The notes under the pieces: generated by a model | Database searches by the model: none | What the model was told of the DNA's origin: nothing | Seen by the model: only the letters and a program-made list of their open reading frames with translations | Made by a program: the position numbers and the translations under genes | Assembly (NCBI RefSeq): GCF_001194135.2 | Contig: NC_069001.1 | Location: forward strand, 25,048,433-25,112,432 | Length of the DNA stretch: 64,000 nucleotides | Direction of reading: 5' to 3' | Source of the DNA: Octopus bimaculoides | Taxonomy: Eukaryota | Shown: in pieces, positions 53,626-64,000 of the stretch | How the letters are laid out: every line of letters begins with the position of its first letter | Numbering within the stretch: the stretch's first letter is position 1

Positions 53626-54737
53626 ATGATCCCATAAGCTCTGTGCAAATTTTGAATAAAGAAAACAAGTGATCAAATGTTATATCTAATTGAAATTTAC
53701 TTTCAATGTACTTTCCCTGATTATCTATGACGTCCTTCTATCTATTTCCAAGCTTTTTAATCCCATCAATGTAAAACTCTTTTGGTTCCAAAGCGAATAA
53801 CTCTGAAATATGCATTTCGACCGCCTCTTGGCTTGCGAAAGTTATGTCCGCCAAATGATTATGTAAACTACGAAACAAATGGTAGTCTGAGGGAGCAAGG
53901 TCGGGAGAATAAGGTGGATGAGGAATTTTTTCCCAACCAAGTTCTTCGATCTTCTATGATGTGATCTTTGCAGTGTGTGGTCACGCATTGTCCTGATGAA
54001 ACATCACTCCTTTTCGATTCACTAAAGTAGGCCTTTTTTTCTTCAAAGGCTTGGTTCAAACGCTTCCATTGCTGACAGTTGACTTGCGCATTGATTGTTG
54101 CGTTAGGTGGGAACAATTCAAAGTGAATTATTACTTTGCAATCCCACCACATAGAGAGGAGAGGCTTTTTCCCATGAAATTTCGTTCTCGTTTGTGGTTG
54201 AGCTTTTTTTCTTTTACCAAGTCACTGATTAACATTTCGATAGAAGATCAACTTTTCGTCACTAGCCACAAGTCTATCCAAAAAAGGGTGAAATGAGTTT
54301 GAGAGAACGGAGAGAAAAGTAGATGTCAACTCGAGATTTGTGGTTGCTTTTCGACAATTCATGAGGCACCCATTTTTCAAGTTCAGGAACCTTTCCAAGT
54401 TGTTGAAGATGATGAAAAGTTGTATGGTTTGAACTAAGCTTTATTGCCAATTCTTCAACTGATAATGCAGGATTTTCTTCAAGTACTGCCTTAACGAGCT
54501 TATCATCAAACTAAATTGGACATCCTGCTCGATTTTCTTCTTCAAGGCTGAAATCTCCACTTCTGAATTTTGCAAACCATCTTCTGAAAGTTCATTCATT
54601 CAAGCCTTCTTTCCCATAAACTGAATGTATGTTTCGAGTCGCTTCGGCTGCAGAGTTACCTTTTTTGTACTCATAAAGCATTATGTACCTTAGATGTTCT
54701 TTGAATACTTCCATGTTAGAAAGGGTTTTAACCAAAG
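53626..54737 (-). mobile_element. Mariner element (D,D34D), with the 5' TIR lost in a gap; transposase pseudogene about 54714-53700
   Basis: MEVFKEHLRYIMLYEYKKGNSAAEATRNIHSVYG (HTH), KWVPHELS, FLDRLVASDEK, and HQDNA*PHTAKIT...PHPPYSPDLAPSDYHLFRSL with 34 residues between the 2nd and 3rd Asp; in-frame stops and frameshifts. Probable 3' TIR near 53626-53655. Confidence 0.95.
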
Positions 54738-55061
54738 NNNNNNNNNNNNNNNNNNNNNNNNNNNNNNNNNNNNNNNNNNNNNNNNNNNNNNNNNNNNNNN
54801 NNNNNNNNNNNNNNNNNNNNNNNNNNNNNNNNNNNNNNNNNNNNNNNNNNNNNNNNNNNNNNNNNNNNNNNNNNNNNNNNNNNNNNNNNNNNNNNNNNNN
54901 NNNNNNNNNNNNNNNNNNNNNNNNNNNNNNNNNNNNNNNNNNNNNNNNNNNNNNNNNNNNNNNNNNNNNNNNNNNNNNNNNNNNNNNNNNNNNNNNNNNN
55001 NNNNNNNNNNNNNNNNNNNNNNNNNNNNNNNNNNNNNNNNNNNNNNNNNNNTATATATATA

Positions 55062-55218
55062 TACGATGGGATTCTTTCAGTTTCTGTCTACCAAATCCAC
55101 CCACAAGGCTTTGGTCGGCCTGAGGCTACCGTAGAAGTCACTTGCCCAAATGCCACGCAGTGGGACTGAACCCGGAACCATGTGGTTTGTAAGTAAGCTA
55201 CTTACCACACAGTCACTT
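55062..55218 (-). mobile_element. SINE family A head and core
   Basis: Matches 9318-9478. Confidence 0.88.
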
Positions 55219-56238
55219 CTGATTCTATATGTGCATGTGTGTGTGCGTGTGTGTGCGTGTGCGTATGTGGATGTGTGCATATAAACATTCGTATCATATT
55301 TACACACTCGCACACACACACGCGCGCACACACACGCACAAACTCAAACTTTCCACAGTTTACGAGCATTCAATCCACAAACGTCTGTTTGTTAGCAACT
55401 TAATTCAAAAAATCCTTAAGGGAATATATATATAAATTACAAAGGTTGACAATAACGATGTCACGGAATACTTTTGAGGCCAACAAATTTTTTGTGTCTG
55501 TTTGGAAAAGATCAGGAAATAAATGCTGGATACTTAAGCTCTGCTGTAAGTTTGTTTTCCTTACTATTTGTAATAAATTATTCTTTAGCTTCGAGTCATT
55601 TGTCGGATTCTTAAATCCAAAACAACTGAAAGTAATGCTTAAAGAAAAAAAAAATCAGTACATGAAAAAAATCTCTTAAGATTGATATCAGAAATGAAAA
55701 TAGAAAGTCATCAGAGAGAGGAAGGGAATGTTTGGAAGGGAATGCGTGAATCTTTTACATCTATAATAGTGACGAATCATTTACTTATTTATCGTTCTTA
55801 TTTATACATTTCGCTTTCCCTCTGATTCCTTCTCTTTGCCTTCTTGTTTCCAATTGTATTTCTAAATGAATTGATAAAACTGCGAACTGATTGAACCATT
55901 ACAGCGTGGGTAAACAAGGATCCTGGATACAGGCTCATGCAGTCCGAAAGGATTTATCGGGATCTCTTTGCTGCAGTACTTCGGGTGCGTAAGTTTTGGA
56001 CTAAGTGGCCTGTAGTCTGGTCAGTCTCACAGGCCAAGAAGTTATTCCTGATAGGCTGGTCAGAAATGGAAATTTAGTCAAGAGATGAGCTTATAACTCA
56101 TACATTGTTTAATTTCCCAGACGTAGTCACCATTTGTCATAAGTCTTTACTCCCAGCAATCCCTTGCTGTCAGAGCTGTATTTCTTGGTCATGCAAATCG
56201 AAACAGGATAATTGGAATTTAGAATGCCTCCAAGCCTC

Positions 56239-56354
56239 TTCTTCTTCTTCTTCTTCTTCTTCTTCTTCTTCTTCTTCTTCTTCTTCTTCTTCTTCTTCTT
56301 CTTCTTCTTCTTCTTCTTCTTCTTCTTCTTCTTCTTCTTCTTCTTCTTCTTCTT

Positions 56355-56413
<59 letters not shown>

Positions 56414-56425
56414 CATTATTATTAT
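56239..56425. repeat. Long (TTC)n tract followed by (TTA)n
   Basis: Directly visible, about 48 TTC units. Confidence 0.97.
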
Positions 56426-57375
56426 TGAGTTAGAGATCAGTGCATGCCATCAAAGTGACAACGGGGTAAAATATACGAAGCCCAGTACACCTATCATGAC
56501 TACACGTCTGATAAGGGTACACCAGGTACATGCATCACAACCATATGTGATTGACATGGTGATCTTATATCAATATAAACAACGCATGGACTTGCAGGGG
56601 GGGGGGTCTCACTTAGAGTTTTCTTCATGTTGAGTAGCCCATCCTGCTCGCGAAATTCTTTTTCAGATGAGTTCCGGCCCCCAGTTATGAACTCATTTGC
56701 ATACAGCCAATCAGAGCTCAACTATCAAACTAATTTATGAGCGCTTAACAAGTGATGGGCGATAAGATAAGATCACTTGGGTAAGGAATGACTATATGTC
56801 TTTTCTCTTTTAATATTGCATGTTGTTCTTGTCGGGCATAATCTGAGAGCTGAGCGGCACCTTTCTTTCATACTTTTCAAACAATCCTTCCACCGTCTGC
56901 CAGCACTAATGCCGTTTCTGCCACCAGCAACAACCTTTGATTACTTGACAACAAGGTCAAAGTGAGCTCTGATTGGCTGTATGCAAAAGAATTCATTAAT
57001 GGGCACTAGAACTCTCGGGTGAAAAAAAGAATTTCGCTGCCCGCTCAAAATGTCCCTGAGTAAGGGATGTTTAAGGATGTTGAAGGTAACACACATGTTT
57101 CTAACGATGATATATCCAAACCCCGAGGAATTACTCTTAACACATGACTATTATGCTCCCCCAAAACCTTTGCTCGTAATCAGAGATGTATATATCGACA
57201 GCAACTGAAGGACATGCTGAAAGAGTTAAGGTTAAACAACTGACAAGCAAACCTGTGTTATTGAGCAGAATATTTGCTGTAGCCCATCTTTTATACCAAC
57301 ACAAAACAATGTACATGATAACACTTCCAGTCAGTTAAGATGAGAAGCCATGAGAGCCAGCGCCTGGTAATTCAT
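56426..57375 (+). repeat. Interspersed repeat family E (longest copy), interrupted by a MITE
   Basis: Its 3' half matches the copies at 32185 and 34895. The sequence cccatcc.gctc|aaaa.gtccctga is split by the 56650-57039 insertion (continuity from recalled consensus). Flanked by (TTA)n on both sides. Confidence 0.75.
56650..57039. mobile_element. ~390-bp MITE with ~70-bp imperfect TIRs
   Basis: The left arm gcgaaattcttttt...tttgcatacagccaatcagagctca (56650-56720) is the reverse complement of the right arm tgagctctgattggctgtatgcaaa...aaaaagaatttcgc (56963-57037). Probable TSD cctgctc/cccgctc. Confidence 0.85.
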
Positions 57376-57394
57376 CAGAGTATTTGTTGTCGTC

Positions 57395-57453
<59 letters not shown>

Positions 57454-57824
57454 NNNNNNNNNNNNNNNNNNNNNNNNNNNNNNNNNNNNNNNNNNNNNNN
57501 NNNNNNNNNNNNNNNNNNNNNNNNNNNNNNNNNNNNNNNNNNNNNNNNNNNNNNNNNNNNNNNNNNNNNNNNNNNNNNNNNNNNNNNNNNNNNNNNNNNN
57601 NNNNNNNNNNNNNNNNNNNNNNNNNNNNNNNNNNNNNNNNNNNNNNNNNNNNNNNNNNNNNNNNNNNNNNNNNNNNNNNNNNNNNNNNNNNNNNNNNNNN
57701 NNNNNNNNNNNNNNNNNNNNNNNNNNNNNNNNNNNNNNNNNNNNNNNNNNNNNNNNNNNNNNNNNNNNNNNNNNNNNNNNNNNNNNNNNNNNNNNNNNNN
57801 NNNNNTACAAGTTGGATCCGAGTC

Positions 57825-57992
57825 TCACCCAGAGACCTCAAGAGACAACAAGTTAGAAGTTCATGTAGGTGCTATGTCTAGGGTACCATATATTTGGATT
57901 TGTACAGTTTTGTTCAAGTGAATGTTTAAGAAACCATAAGAAAATTATGCGTTTGCTTTAAAATTTGAGATCACATAGACAGTATTTTACGT
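57825..57992 (-). mobile_element. 3' end of an R4/R2-like LINE: last codons ILRKILSM* plus 3' UTR
   Basis: Minus strand aatatcctacgtaaaatactgtctatgtga followed by a UTR; matches the recalled 3' end of an octopus restriction-endonuclease LINE; flanked by trinucleotide repeats. Confidence 0.6.
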
Positions 57993-57996
57993 AGGA

Positions 57997-58052
<56 letters not shown>

Positions 58053-58140
58053 GTAGTAGTAGTAGTATCATCATCATCATCATCATCATTATTATTATTA
58101 TCATTGGTCTTGTTGTTGTTGTTGTTGTTGTTGTTGCTGC
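57997..58140. repeat. Compound trinucleotide microsatellite (TTA/TAG/TCA/TTG)
   Basis: Directly visible. Confidence 0.95.
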
Positions 58141-60137
58141 TGCGCCCTTGATTTTGCTGTAATTGACGTTTCACGATGCAAAAGTATTCTTCATCCTTTT
58201 GTTGTTATGGTGGTTATCGTTTATGTTCCTAATGCTGTTGTTGTTGTTGTTGTTGTTGTTGTTAATATATCTAACTACTCACCTGGTTGTTGGGAATGTC
58301 ATTAATATAGCAGGTGTTCACGTCTAGTTACCTAAAGCAATACAGAACTTATAAATCACGAGGACGTCGCGAAGATTCGTATCACTGTCAATGCTGTTTT
58401 CTGAACGTGTTCTACTTTCATTTTGATGCCAATATTTTCCAATCACTTTTAAATGTTATTGCTTACTGTAGCTAGGCTAACAACAGTTGTTATCACAAAA
58501 TATAAATTTTCCCTTTACCATAGCGTTTTCTTTTCATTCTTCAGTACTTCCTAACTTGTCAGTTTTTCGACTCATTCGGAAATTTTGAATCGATAAGCCT
58601 GATTCTACGAAATACAGATTGGTGACTTTGGCAGTATTTAAAATCTTGAACCTATGTCTGACCATCTGCTATCCAGCTGAGTTGGTCATGTGTGATGCTC
58701 GTAAAAGAAAGCAAAGTAACATCAATCGATTATAAAATAAAAAAGATATTATAATTCCTTGAGAAATGTAACCAAATCTATGTAATATTAATTAACACTC
58801 ATCAACAATTATCTTTCTTGTATATTTGGGGTTCTCTTGATTTTAGCTTCGCTTTAAAATATTTTCTTATTGTTTCCCCTCTAGCAATCTCAATTTCCCC
58901 TTATATAAAATTCAATTTAAGTTCTTAACAACTATGATTTTTTTTTATACATATAGATTTGCTTTTTTATGTTGTATTTATATTTTCTTTTATTTTATCA
59001 TTGCTATTATTTTGTATGAAACGATAAAATTTAGATTGAATGATAAAAATGCTGGAAGTCAATTATCAAAAGCAATCTTCTAAAGTTCTAGAAATATATT
59101 TGATCACCCACACTTTAGAATAATGTAAATTGATTTTATTTTATTCTAGAAGAGCAAGGAAGCTTGAAATAAAATAAACAATCAGACAATACATAAATGA
59201 ATAATACAAATAATAAACAAACAATAACTTTATCTAAACGTTCTCTCTCAATCAATTCTGCAACTGAAGTAGTTCTTTACAAATGAATGTTCAAATTAAC
59301 GTCACAGTTACTGGTCAGGAATGCGATTAAAACATTAGAAACAAACAATAAATTCTACAAACTACATTGGTCTGTGTTATCAAGTGAAAAGGTCACGACT
59401 TTTAGCCATCAAAACGCTCCACTTTTGGCAGACGGTTCATTGCTATCTGCTGTCACTTATTTGGATAAATATGCAAAGTTATACAATTTTTTCTTCAATA
59501 TATATTGTCAAATTTCACCAGTGATTGATTTATTTGGCAATCATTATATCGTATTAATTCTTGTGTTCCATGGTGTGACACATTTTAAAAATCTTGTACA
59601 AGATCTTTATAATTCACACTTTTATTAACGTACATATATAGTTATACACACCATCTAACACTAGTGAATAATCCAGCATTAATTGGAACTGATATGAAAA
59701 CCATTAGAGTTAATAAGAGACTTACGTCAAATAATGCCTATGTTCTCTCGAAAATTTATAATGGGCTATTTGATCACGGTATGTGGAACTGAAGAGAAAT
59801 AATTTTTCTTCTCATCATTGTCCTATCGTTTTGTGGAACAAAGCTCCGTCGCGAAATTGATTGAAAGAAAATTATGCTCAATTGTATTTCATACACACAC
59901 ACACAAACACACACGCACCCCCCGCACGCACACCCACACACACATAAACACACATAAACACACGTACGTACATGCACACATACACACACACGTGCAGAGA
60001 CACGCACTTATATTTTGTATTAAATGTCAGTACATTTGTTTGTCATCTTTATCTCCCTCTATCTTAATCGCTGTACACACACACAAACGTATATGTGTGT
60101 GTATGTGTATGTGTGTTTGTGTGTGTATATTCCAAAG

Positions 60138-60425
60138 GCGCATAGTTTAGTGGTTATTGTGTTTCACTCACGATTGCGAGATCGTGGGTTCCATTCCCAG
60201 ACCGAGCATTGGATTGTGTTCTTGAGCAAAGCACTTCATGTCATGTTGCTTCACGATCATTTCATCGTTTGACGTGTGTCACATGGTGCACCTGTACAGG
60301 TGATGTTGATTTGATGGAGGGAGTGAGCTAATGTTTACACAAACATTCGATCACTAAGAACAAATCATCTGTGTGGTTGTTCGGCAAGAAATTGCTGAAT
60401 CCTCATACGTCGTCTAACGATGGAA
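60138..60425 (+). mobile_element. tRNA-derived SINE family D
   Basis: ggcgcatagtttagtggtta (A-box-like), gggttccattccc (B-box-like), then tgtgttcttgagcaaagcactt, a CORE/Meta-like central motif. Confidence 0.75.
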
Positions 60426-61589
60426 GAATCCTAGCCATGTTCCAGAAATTTATCAGAAAAAATATCAACGGAAAATTCACATAAAAGATATAACTAATTC
60501 CTCATCAGTCAACGTCTAAAAGATCATAACAGTTTTGTGTCATTAACAATGATATTGTTCGTTTTTGGCAGCACCAGCGGCGGGAAGCCACTGGGCATAG
60601 CTAACAGACGTACTGGTCAACGACAACAACAGACACGACAAAATGTGGATATAAATGAATATAAATGTAGATACTTATACAAAAATGAAAGAAAGGCCTA
60701 GCGGCGGTTCGACAGGAGAGTATGGAGCAACGCACAAGAAATTGTCTTATAGAACTGGAAACGAGAAAATGATAGATGGAAAGTCAGAGCGAAAGGTGAA
60801 GAATATAAACCGTATAAAAACAGTGTAGAAGAAAATGGAAGAGTGACTCATTAAGCCAAAGGTGAGGCGAAAAAGGAAATAGACGAGAGAGATATTCCTG
60901 CGTTTATGAAGACAGTGTGAGAAGTTGTTTCATTTTGGCAAATGATACGATATCAATAGTTACCATATCATATAACTTTCAATATCAGTATGTCAACAGA
61001 TATGATGACAAATATGATGGCTGTAATTAGAAACATGAGATGACTCAATACAGAAAATAGGCAGATATTGATTTAATATCGGTACCATATACAAAAAGAA
61101 AAATATATACTGTTCACGGTACACTAGTACAAAGCAGGCATATAATGCATGACAAAAGTATGTATATGTAAATAGCAATGATGATTATGCTTACAAAATC
61201 TTCATATTGATAAGTGAGTTAAAAACGTGTTATATTCTCACTATGTTTAACTCACTGTAAGTATACAGAGTTGAATTTAATTATTGCATTCTGAAGTTAA
61301 CTTTAAAGAATACAGTCGCCTCAAGCACGCTTGATTTCTTGTGGTTTATGTATTGGGGAGTTTATGTCTTTAAAAACAAGATGACTTTTGTAAGGATTTG
61401 TTCATAATCATTTTTGTTGCTAGACCATTGATACATCGAGAGAGCTAGGATAAAGGGTTTCTGCTTGAGAGGTAGAACATGGTATTCAAGTGTTTCTCTC
61501 CCGGTCAGACATATGGCGGTTGTAAAAGTCATGTTTTAACCATCTACAAAGCATATATACATATATGCTTTGTACATATATGTGTTTGT

Positions 61590-62965
61590 ATATACATATA
61601 GTTAAAATTTACAGAAAGTAGAAGATGAAGTCAGGTGAAGGAACAAGACGTAGCTGTATTAGTTTCACGCTCGGGAAGAATGGAAATGTCCTTGATCTTT
61701 CTACGCTCTTTGGAAAAAAGGATTAAGAGGGAAAACAAATATATATATATACATATATATACATGAGTACCTATATCTAATATGGTGGGGACTATATTAT
61801 GTATGTTTAAGTTATATAAAGTTGCAGGGACAGGGTTATTGGAAATGTTATTGCGATCGGTGTTCGTGATTTCGTTGTGTAGGTCTATGGTAGGGTTGTA
61901 TGTATTTAAGTAGTAGGAGCTAAGTTTGTTTGTTAGATGAGGTGATAATAGATTCTATATTTGGTGTAGATGAATAGGATAATTTCAAAGTGGATCCGTT
62001 AAAGATAGAATGATACTTGTTGTTACGTGGGAAATTAGAGTCTACTATTCTAAAGAAAGCTTTAGCGAGGCCCTTAATTTTTAAAGCGAATGGAGGTGTA
62101 TACCAGAGATTAGATCTCCAGCTGCTTTTATTAGGCAAATTTGGTGAGATGTAAGTACTAGTGTAATTTAGAGGTGAGTTGGATGGTTCGGAATTAGTAT
62201 TCTTCGATCGAGTGTTAAGCTAGGTGCTAGGTGCTAGGTGCTACGTGCTAGGTGTGTGAGATTGTCAAAAGTAGTTTCGAGGGCTTGGATTTCCAAAATT
62301 GTGCGTATGTCTAGGGTTAAATTTAGAGAGATATTCCTTATCTCTGGTGTTGGGTATAAATCTAATCTTTCGGGAGAAACCACTAGCAGCTAGAGCTTGG
62401 TTGTAGTAATTGGCGTAGTTATTGAAGATACGCTCAGTGGTGGATAGATCACATATTCTGATGGATATGGTTGTGGTTATACTCTCAAAAGTAGATTTAT
62501 GGTGGCTAGATACGGTGTTGATGTACTTAAGGTATTTATTGGATTTACGATATCGGAAGTATAGAGGTTAAATCTAATGTAACATCAAGAAAGCGAAGAA
62601 TTTATGTAAGAGTTTTCTAGTTTTTTCTAATGTAGATTTTGTTAGGCCAGTTGCAAGTAACAAAGCGTCATCTCTATATAAACCTCCTTCGATGTTGGGG
62701 AATTGTGCGTAAAGATGTTGAAGGAAGTACAGTCCTACTGTATTCATGACGTGGGCGGAGTCGGATGAGTCCATAGTTATATCAAAAAAGTTATTTCTGT
62801 TAGTATTGGCGTTAGGATGGGACCAAAGCTTATCATCAAGGGTCTACCTGGCAGATACAATTACATCAATTTCTAAGGAAGTTATGCTGGTTACGTTTTT
62901 AACTAAATTGAGGGCGTTTTTTAAAGAGAATTGGTGATATAGAGTCGTAGTAATTGTTGATGTCA
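61590..62965 (-). mobile_element. Penelope-like retroelement remnant with RT core
   Basis: Minus strand FDINNYYDSIS (motif A), FDITMDSSDSAHVMNTVGLY (motif B), GGLYRDDALL (motif C) and LWYTPPFALKIK..FFRIVDSNFP...LKLSYSSTPNIESII, plus a degenerate 3' terminus (aaagagcgtag...cccgagcgtgaaactaatac) like that at 48020-48130. Confidence 0.92.
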
Positions 62966-62999
62966 AATTGTAGGTATGTATATATATATAATATATATA

Positions 63000-63160
63000 C
63001 CAGTTTTAGTTTCTGTCCACCTAATCTAATCCCAAATCTTCGGCCCGCGGCCTGAGGCTATAGTACAAAATACTTGACCGAGATGCCACTCGGTGGGACT
63101 GAACCCAAAACCATGTAGTTGGAAAACACGCTTGTCACACAACCATGCTTTTGCCTGTAT
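63000..63160 (-). mobile_element. SINE family A head and core, diverged
   Basis: Matches 9325-9480. Confidence 0.8.
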
Positions 63161-63270
63161 ATATATATATATATGTATATATATGCGAGTAAAAATAAAT
63201 ACAAAAAAGGGGTTTTTTTGTATGATTGTGTATAGAGGAATATATTATTTTGTTTAAAAGAGTTCCAACA

Positions 63271-63517
63271 CTGTCTGTTTTTTATGTTTTATTTATATTC
63301 CTGCAGAACCAATGTGGGGTATAGAATATGGAATATACAATATATAATATAATATACAATATATAATATAAAATAAAATGAAATAAAAATGGATGGCATC
63401 CATTTTTATTTTATTTTATTTTATTTTATATTATATATTGTATATTATATTATATATTGTATATTCCATATTCTATGCCCCACATTGGTTCTGCAGGAAT
63501 ATAAATAAAACAGACAG
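63271..63517. repeat. Long near-perfect inverted repeat (palindrome)
   Basis: Arms of about 120 bp around centre ggatg-g-catcc (63391-63401); 2 substitutions and 2 small indels between the arms. Confidence 0.95.
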
Positions 63518-64000
63518 NNNNNNNNNNNNNNNNNNNNNNNNNNNNNNNNNNNNNNNNNNNNNNNNNNNNNNNNNNNNNNNNNNNNNNNNNNNNNNNNNNN
63601 NNNNNNNNNNNNNNNNNNNNNNNNNNNNATATATATATATATATATATATACAGAGAGAGAGAGAGAGAGAGAGAAGGTGAGAAAGAAAAGAGAGAGAGA
63701 GAATGGCAAAGTGTGAGAAAGCTTATTGAAAATGTGACAGTCTGTTGCATATTAATTAGGATGGAATGAACTTATGCAGCGATCATGTATACTATACCGA
63801 GTCGCTTATATACGGAATCTCAATTCAATACTACTTAGATTTCGATACCTTAATTAATGCAGTTATTCCAGTCCTTTTTTTTTTCAGTGCCATGTTTTCT
63901 GAAAGACATAAATCAGAACTTCCGTTATCATCAAGACTGCTGATGCAGAGTCTATAAATTTTCAATTCTGTTTCGTAATTGGTTATATCATTATCGTTGA

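Noticed and set aside
59287-59628. 113-aa plus ORF MFKLTSQLL...
   Set aside because: AT-rich, with no motif and no splice signals; consistent with a chance ORF.

Overview
AT-rich, repeat-dense eukaryotic DNA from a gappy draft assembly. Many N runs, usually next to microsatellites. The SINE families, Penelope-like ends and microsatellite load point to an octopus genome; this is inferred from recalled repeat consensus sequences, not from a search. No host gene can be identified with confidence, so the window looks intergenic or like part of a very large intron. Nearly all listed ORFs are microsatellite or gap artefacts, or transposon debris. Well supported elements: two mariner transposase pseudogenes (a D,D34D copy at about 53.6-54.7 kb and an older copy at about 22.3-23.1 kb), two Penelope-like retroelement remnants (46.9-48.1 kb + and 61.6-63.0 kb -), a Helitron 5' fragment with its Cys-rich N-terminal ORF, R4/Dong-like and RTE-like LINE relics, two MITEs, and at least four tRNA-derived SINE families. 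The most notable unexplained structures are a ~245 bp near-perfect palindrome at 63.3-63.5 kb, a degenerate minimal hammerhead-ribozyme-like motif at a Penelope terminus, a MITE whose TIRs carry octamer plus CCAAT motifs, and a decayed Cys-rich ORF island at 45-46 kb. Several orphan exon candidates are reported at low confidence. Most coordinates of degraded repeats are approximate.
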